This document shows positions 45,387 through 49,822 of a DNA stretch of 49,822 nucleotides, one piece after another (the first letter of the stretch is position 1; each line of letters starts with the position of its first letter). The position numbers and the translations under genes were made by a program. Source of the stretch: a bacterium (GTDB lineage Bacteria; Patescibacteriota; Minisyncoccia; Minisyncoccales; CG1-02-41-26). The DNA lies in the NCBI GenBank assembly GCA_021158045.1, contig JAGGVK010000040.1, forward strand, positions 1 to 49,822, written 5' to 3'. Under the pieces are notes generated by a model, which was given only the letters and a program-made list of their open reading frames with translations, made no database searches and was not told the DNA's origin.

Positions 45387-46043
45387 TTACAATGGTTGAA
45401 GAACTATTACTTCTAATTCTTCTCTTGGCAAGTTATCTGCTTTTAGCTTTAGTTTTTTCTCCGGAACAACACTGTCCCTACCCATAACTTTAAGGAATTT
45501 GTCAAGGCTGTCCAACTTTATTTTCAAACGAGGAATAGAATAATGCATAGGAATAACTATTTTAGGTTCAATTTGGGAAATGACGCCTAACGCTTCCCGG
45601 GCTGAAATCGTATAAATCCCTCCAACCGGCACCATCAAAATATCAATATCTCCTAAACTCTCAAGTTGAGTTGCTGTCAGCTCTTTTTGCCCAAAATCAG
45701 ATAAATGGCAAATCTTTATATTTTCTGCTTCAATTGTAAACATTGTTACTAATCCCCTTTCCTTTCCCTGTGAATCGTCATGAAAAGCATTAATGCCTTT
45801 TATATAAATTCCTTTAACCTCGTATTCTCCTGGCTCCTCAATCAAAAAAGGATTCCCTAAAATTGCCTTCTTGTTATTGTGGTCATAATGCTGATGGGAA
45901 CAAAGCAAAATGTTAGCCTCAACTTTTGGAACTCTCAACCCTATAGTTTCGCTGAAAGGGTCAATAGCAATTTTGACGCTTTCTTGATTCTCGTTCTTAG
46001 CCAAAACTTCAAAAAAAGATTGTCCATGCCAAATTATTTGCAT
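45387..46043 (-). CDS. MBL-fold metal-dependent hydrolase (UPF0173-like)
   Basis: It has MQIIWHGQSFFEV and ILLCSHQHYDHNN (H-x-H-x-D-H). 218 aa. Confidence 0.8.
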   Translation of the reverse strand: MQIIWHGQSFFEVLAKNENQESVKIAIDPFSETIGLRVPKVEANILLCSHQHYDHNNKKAILGNPFLIEEPGEYEVKGIYIKGINAFHDDSQGKERGLVTMFTIEAENIKICHLSDFGQKELTATQLESLGDIDILMVPVGGIYTISAREALGVISQIEPKIVIPMHYSIPRLKIKLDSLDKFLKVMGRDSVVPEKKLKLKADNLPREELEVIVLQPL

Positions 46044-46212
46044 AAAAATAAATAATCTACTATTCCAAGTTCGTTAACCAAAAACCAAATAAACTTTTCT
46101 CAGAACTTTTTAATAGCCAAGTTTAATCCAAATTTAACATCTTATTTGATACGCTTCTAAAATTATTCTATTTAATATTACCACATTCTCTAGCCCTAAT
46201 CAATAAAGGCTA

Positions 46213-46241
46213 TTGATTTAATGATTGTTTTCCTGTATACT
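46213..46241 (+). promoter_or_regulatory. Candidate sigma70-type promoter for the S1-domain/ftsH operon
   Basis: TTGATT-(17 nt)-TATACT lies about 55 nt upstream of ATG 46298. Confidence 0.45.
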
Positions 46242-46297
46242 CTAAAAGTATAAAACCCAAAAGCGCAAACTGCTATAAATTGCTAAAAAGAAAAAAT

Positions 46298-47104
46298 ATG
46301 AAAACCGCTAAAAAACTCAAACAGGAAATTATCGGTCCTCCAAAAATAGGAGAAATTGTAGAAGGAAAGATTATAGAAAAAAGAGGAAATGCCACTTTTG
46401 TAGACTTAGGAGCAAAAGGAATCGGAGTAGTATATGGAGATGAGCTCCTAGGAGCAAAAAATATGCTAAAGGAATTAAATGTTGGCAGCAAGATATCTGC
46501 AAAGATAACAAAACTAGAAACAAAAGATGGCTATAGAGCGCTTTCAATTAAGGAGGCTTCACAAAAGCTAAATTGGGAAAAACTAATTGAAAAAAGCGAA
46601 AGCGGAGAAACTTTAGAAGTAAAAATAACAGGCGCAAATAAAGGAGGGCTTCTAACAAAAATAATGGAAATTCCTGCTTTTCTGCCTGTTTCTCAACTCA
46701 GCCCAAAACACTACCCAAAAGTTGAAGGAGGAGACCCCGCAAAAATTGTTAAAGCCTTACAGAAATTCGTGGGGCAAAATTTAAGAGTCAAAATTTTTAA
46801 CCTTAACCAAAGAGAAAATAAGTTGATTTTATCTGAAAGGGCAAATGAGGAGGAAAAAACCAAAGAAGCTCTAAAAAATTATAAAGTGGGAGATATTGTA
46901 GAAGGGGAAATCACAGGTGTTACGGCTTTTGGAGTTTTTTTAAAGTTTGGCAAAGGAGATTTAGAAGGGCTTGTGCATATCTCTGAAATGCCAGAAAAAA
47001 AAGAGAAGGATTCCGCAAAAAACTTTAAAACAGGAGAGCATCACAAAGCAAAAATTATAGAAATAACAGGCAACAGGGTTTATCTCTCTTTTAAAGGCTT
47101 ATGA
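46298..47104 (+). CDS. S1 RNA-binding domain protein (three S1 repeats; short ribosomal protein S1-like)
   Basis: There are three repeats of G.IVEG.I....G.FV.LG...G motifs (GEIVEGKIIEKRGNATFVDLG; LEVKITGANKGGLL; GDIVEGEITGVTAFGVFLKFG). The start is moved to ATG 46298 (MKTAKKLKQ). Confidence 0.8.
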   Translation: MKTAKKLKQEIIGPPKIGEIVEGKIIEKRGNATFVDLGAKGIGVVYGDELLGAKNMLKELNVGSKISAKITKLETKDGYRALSIKEASQKLNWEKLIEKSESGETLEVKITGANKGGLLTKIMEIPAFLPVSQLSPKHYPKVEGGDPAKIVKALQKFVGQNLRVKIFNLNQRENKLILSERANEEEKTKEALKNYKVGDIVEGEITGVTAFGVFLKFGKGDLEGLVHISEMPEKKEKDSAKNFKTGEHHKAKIIEITGNRVYLSFKGL

Positions 47105-49005
47105 GCAAACTACTAAAAAATTTCTTAGCAGTGGCGATAATTTTTGTTTTTATCTCTGCCATTTTTGCTTTAAGCGCTGACTTTTCCATTAACCAGAAAA
47201 TAAAAAATATACCTCTAAATCAAGTTGCGAAAGCGGTTAGCGAAAATGAAGTTAAAGATATAAAAGTTACAGGCGATATCCTCAACATTACTTATAAAAA
47301 CGGACAAAAAGCAACCTCACGAAAAGAACCCAGCTCCTCCCTAATCCAATCTCTTATCAACTACGGCGTTCCTAAGGAAAAGATAAAAAACCTTCAAGTA
47401 GAAATAGAAAAAGAGCCTACTAACACCTCTGATTGGCTGATTCCTCTTTTGAGTTTTGTCTTGCCTCTTTTAATATTTATCTGGTTTTTTGGCGCAATCT
47501 TTAAGCAAGCAAAAAGCGGAACCAACCAAACTTTTAGTTTTCTAAAATCCCCAGCTAAGTTATTTGGCACCGGTAAAACACCCGGTGAACAAGTAACTTT
47601 TAAAGATGTGGCTGATTTAGAAGAAGCTAAGAAAGAAATAAAAGAAATAATTGATTTTCTCCGCTATCCTAAAAAATTTTGGAAAATAGGGGCTCGTATT
47701 CCAAAAGGCGTTTTGTTAATAGGCCCTCCGGGCTGCGGTAAAACTTTACTGGCAAAAGCCGTTGCTAACGAAGCCCATGTCCCATTTTTTTCAATGTCTG
47801 GCTCAGAATTCATTGAACTCTTTGTAGGAGTAGGAGCAAGCAGAGTCCGTTCACTCTTTGAAACAGCAAAGAAACACCAGCCTTCAATTATTTTTATAGA
47901 CGAAATTGACTCTATTGGTCAAGTAAGGATGCCAGGTTTTGGAGGAGGGCATGAAGAAAGAGAGCAAACCCTTAATCAAATTCTGGCAGAAATGGACGGC
48001 TTTCAAAAGAACACTGGAGTAATAGTTTTTGCTGCTACAAACCGGCCCCAACTTTTAGACCCAGCCCTTTTAAGGCCAGGCAGGTTTGACAGAAGAATTG
48101 TTTTAGAGCTGCCAGACATTAAAGGAAGAGAAGCAATTATGAAAATTCATTGCCGAGACAAGCCATTAGCCTTAGACGTAAATCTTAGGGAAATTGCTGA
48201 ACGCACGCCAGGATTTTCAGGAGCAGACTTAGCCAACTTAGTCAATGAGGCAGCAATTTTAGCTGCCAGACACAACAAACAGAAAATCTACCAAGAAGAT
48301 TTTCTGGAATCTATAGAAAAAGTATTGTTAGGCCCTGAAAGAAAAAGCCACCTCTTGACAAAAGAAGAAAAAGAAGTTTCTGCTTTTCATGAAGCCGGCC
48401 ATGCTTTAGTTACAGCCTTTTTAGCAAAAGGAGAACAAGTTAGAAAGGTTTCTATCATCTCCAGAGGTTTTGCTGCTGGTTATACATTGGCTTTGCCAAA
48501 AACTGAGAAAAAAATTAAGAAGAAGTCAGAATTCTTAGCAGATATTTCTATTCTATTAGGAGGATATTGCGCTGAGAAATTAAAATTTGGAGAAATTTCT
48601 ACAGGAGCTTCAAACGATTTAAAAAAAGCCAGTGCTTTGGCTCGTGATTTAGTAACTAAATATGGAATGTCTAAATTAGGACCTGTCTCTTTTGGCAAAG
48701 AATTTCCCCTTCCTTTTTTGGGGTGGCAAGGAGAGGAGCGAGAAAGAAATTATTCAGAAAAAATAGCTGCAGCAATTGATAAAGAAACAGAAAGATTCAT
48801 AAGGGAAGCTGAGAAGAGAACAATGAAGATTTTGACAAAAAAGAGAAAAGTTCTTGAGAAAATTGCCAAGACTTTAATAGAAAAGGAAACTATTGAAAAA
48901 GAAGAATTTGAAAAGTTAATTAAATCTGTAAAAACAAATAAGGGTTCTGGCAACAGAAAGAAAAAATTGCAGAGAGGACCTCAAGAAGAGAAGCACAAAA
49001 GATAG
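47101..49005 (+). CDS. ftsH: ATP-dependent zinc metalloprotease FtsH
   Basis: It has two N-terminal TM segments, Walker A GPPGCGKT, Walker [31 protein letters not shown] and the zinc motif HEAGHA. An ATGA overlap links it to the upstream gene. Confidence 0.95.
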   Translation: MSKLLKNFLAVAIIFVFISAIFALSADFSINQKIKNIPLNQVAKAVSENEVKDIKVTGDILNITYKNGQKATSRKEPSSSLIQSLINYGVPKEKIKNLQVEIEKEPTNTSDWLIPLLSFVLPLLIFIWFFGAIFKQAKSGTNQTFSFLKSPAKLFGTGKTPGEQVTFKDVADLEEAKKEIKEIIDFLRYPKKFWKIGARIPKGVLLIGPPGCGKTLLAKAVANEAHVPFFSMSGSEFIELFVGVGASRVRSLFETAKKHQPSIIFIDEIDSIGQVRMPGFGGGHEEREQTLNQILAEMDGFQKNTGVIVFAATNRPQLLDPALLRPGRFDRRIVLELPDIKGREAIMKIHCRDKPLALDVNLREIAERTPGFSGADLANLVNEAAILAARHNKQKIYQEDFLESIEKVLLGPERKSHLLTKEEKEVSAFHEAGHALVTAFLAKGEQVRKVSIISRGFAAGYTLALPKTEKKIKKKSEFLADISILLGGYCAEKLKFGEISTGASNDLKKASALARDLVTKYGMSKLGPVSFGKEFPLPFLGWQGEERERNYSEKIAAAIDKETERFIREAEKRTMKILTKKRKVLEKIAKTLIEKETIEKEEFEKLIKSVKTNKGSGNRKKKLQRGPQEEKHKR

Positions 49006-49014
49006 AAATCGTGT

Positions 49015-49087
49015 GCGCACGTAGCTCAGGGGTTAGAGCACCACTCTTATAAAGTGGGGGTCGCTGGTTCAAATCCAGCCGTGCGCA
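49015..49087 (+). tRNA. tRNA-Ile (anticodon UAU)
   Basis: Acceptor GCGCACG/CGTGCGC, D-arm GCTC-AGGGGTTA-GAGC, anticodon stem CCACT/AGTGG with loop CTTATAA, T-arm GCTGG-TTCAAAT-CCAGC. No CCA. Confidence 0.8.
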
Positions 49088-49180
49088 CTCAACCAAGCAT
49101 TGAAATGCTTCTTAAGCCCAACAAAGTTTCATCACTCCCATCCGACTTTTATAACTCTCATCAAAAGAGCAATATAAGAA

Positions 49181-49254
49181 GGGCGCGTAGCTCAGTTGGT
49201 TAGAGCGCATACTTGACGTGTATGAGGTCCCCCGTTCAAATCGGGGCGCGCCCA
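49181..49254 (+). tRNA. tRNA-Val (anticodon GAC)
   Basis: Acceptor GGGCGCG/CGCGCCC, anticodon stem CATAC/GTATG with loop TTGACGT, T-arm CCCCG-TTCAAAT-CGGGG. No CCA. Confidence 0.85.
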
Positions 49255-49285
49255 CGTGTAAAATTCACAAATTCACATCAATTAA

Positions 49286-49319
49286 AAAACCAAGTAAGTA
49301 AATATCAAACTTGGTTTTT
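49286..49319 (+). terminator. Intrinsic terminator after tRNA-Val
   Basis: AAAACCAAGT-(13-nt loop)-ACTTGGTTTT is a 10-bp stem followed by TTTTTA. Confidence 0.6.
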
Positions 49320-49534
49320 ATTCTATTTTAGATTTATCTTGCCACAAAAAGAGTTTTCGCAACAATCTCCTGTTTCTTGTATTTTTAAATTTTTTTGCTA
49401 TTCTAATATTACAACCTAATGTGTCAGAGAAAACAGATTGATTAAATTCTTTCTGTTAAGTTATGTTTTCAGTTAAGCAGACGCATTAAGATTATTTAAT
49501 CGCTTTAATTTTGCTCTCTTTAGAGTTTGTCCTG

Positions 49535-49616
49535 TGTCCCTGGCAGGATTCGAACCTGCAACCCTTTCGGGATAGCGTCCTAAGCGCTACGCGTATGCCA
49601 ATTCCGCCACAGGGAC
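49535..49616 (-). tRNA. tRNA-Leu (anticodon UAG)
   Basis: Acceptor GTCCCTG/CAGGGAC, anticodon stem TAGCG/CGCTA with loop CTTAGGA, long variable arm (TCCCGAAAGGGT), T-arm GCAGG-TTCGAAT-CCTGC. No CCA. Confidence 0.85.
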
Positions 49617-49655
49617 AAAAGCTGAAACCATTCCTCTGACATTTACAACACACTT

Positions 49656-49822
49656 ATGATAACAAAAACAGCAAAATTTTCAAAGCCTTATTTAAGGGAC
49701 GATTTACCGCAATTTAAGCCGGGAGATACGGTTAGAGTTTATCAAAAATTCAAAGATTCTTCTTCTGCAAATGCAAAAGAAAAAACGCAAGCCTTTGAAG
49801 GCATAGTTATTGCCAGAAAACA
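49656..49822 (+). CDS. rplS: 50S ribosomal protein L19, N-terminal part (runs off the right edge)
   Basis: Hand translation gives [55 protein letters not shown]. This matches the L19 pattern (P.F.PGDTV.V......R.Q.FEG.VIA). Confidence 0.85.
   Translation, partial: MITKTAKFSKPYLRDDLPQFKPGDTVRVYQKFKDSSSANAKEKTQAFEGIVIARK

Overview
AT-rich, gene-dense 49.8-kb chromosomal segment that reads like a reduced-genome Patescibacteria/CPR-type bacterium; this lineage call is an inference from gene content and style, not a computed placement. I can support about 50 protein genes, 7 tRNA genes (none encodes CCA), 2 pseudogenes, several intrinsic terminators and a few repeat families. No rRNA genes, CRISPR array, transposase or integrase are visible.

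Layout, left to right:
- A housekeeping block: disrupted cdd, a tandem HD-domain protein, greA, cysS, a PEBP-family protein, DUF167, an amino-acid permease, MgtC and an EndoQ-like nuclease.
- A divergent Elp3 / Trm9-like pair.
- A roughly 17-kb run of genes all on the minus strand: rtcB-archease, rodA/ftsW, ligA and a complete secretin-less type IV pilus locus (pilM-N-O-(P)-B-receiver-T-C, two Cys-rich major pilins, then pilD plus four minor pilins). comFC lies divergently next to it.
- recG, a processive GT2, tsaD, valS, prsW and hsp20.
- Three tandem VirB2/TrbC-like small membrane proteins plus a methyltransferase.
- A repeat-flanked four-helix-bundle (23S-IVS/Avd family) pseudogene abutting gyrA.
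- An MBL hydrolase, an S1-domain protein, ftsH, a tRNA cluster and the start of rplS.

Most noteworthy:
1. An Elp3 + Trm9-like module, which points to a eukaryote/archaea-type (m)cm5U34 pathway.
2. Unusual anticodons tRNA-Ile(UAU) and tRNA-Arg(GCG).
3. An inverted-repeat-bracketed, promoter-bearing 353-bp segment that splits the pilus locus. It is a candidate invertible switch or MITE.
4. The IVS-like four-helix-bundle cassette with heptad and 58-bp repeats.
5. The triplicated pilin-like small proteins.

All family assignments come from motif recognition by eye. No searches were run. Hand-mapped RNA and repeat coordinates may be off by 1-2 nt.
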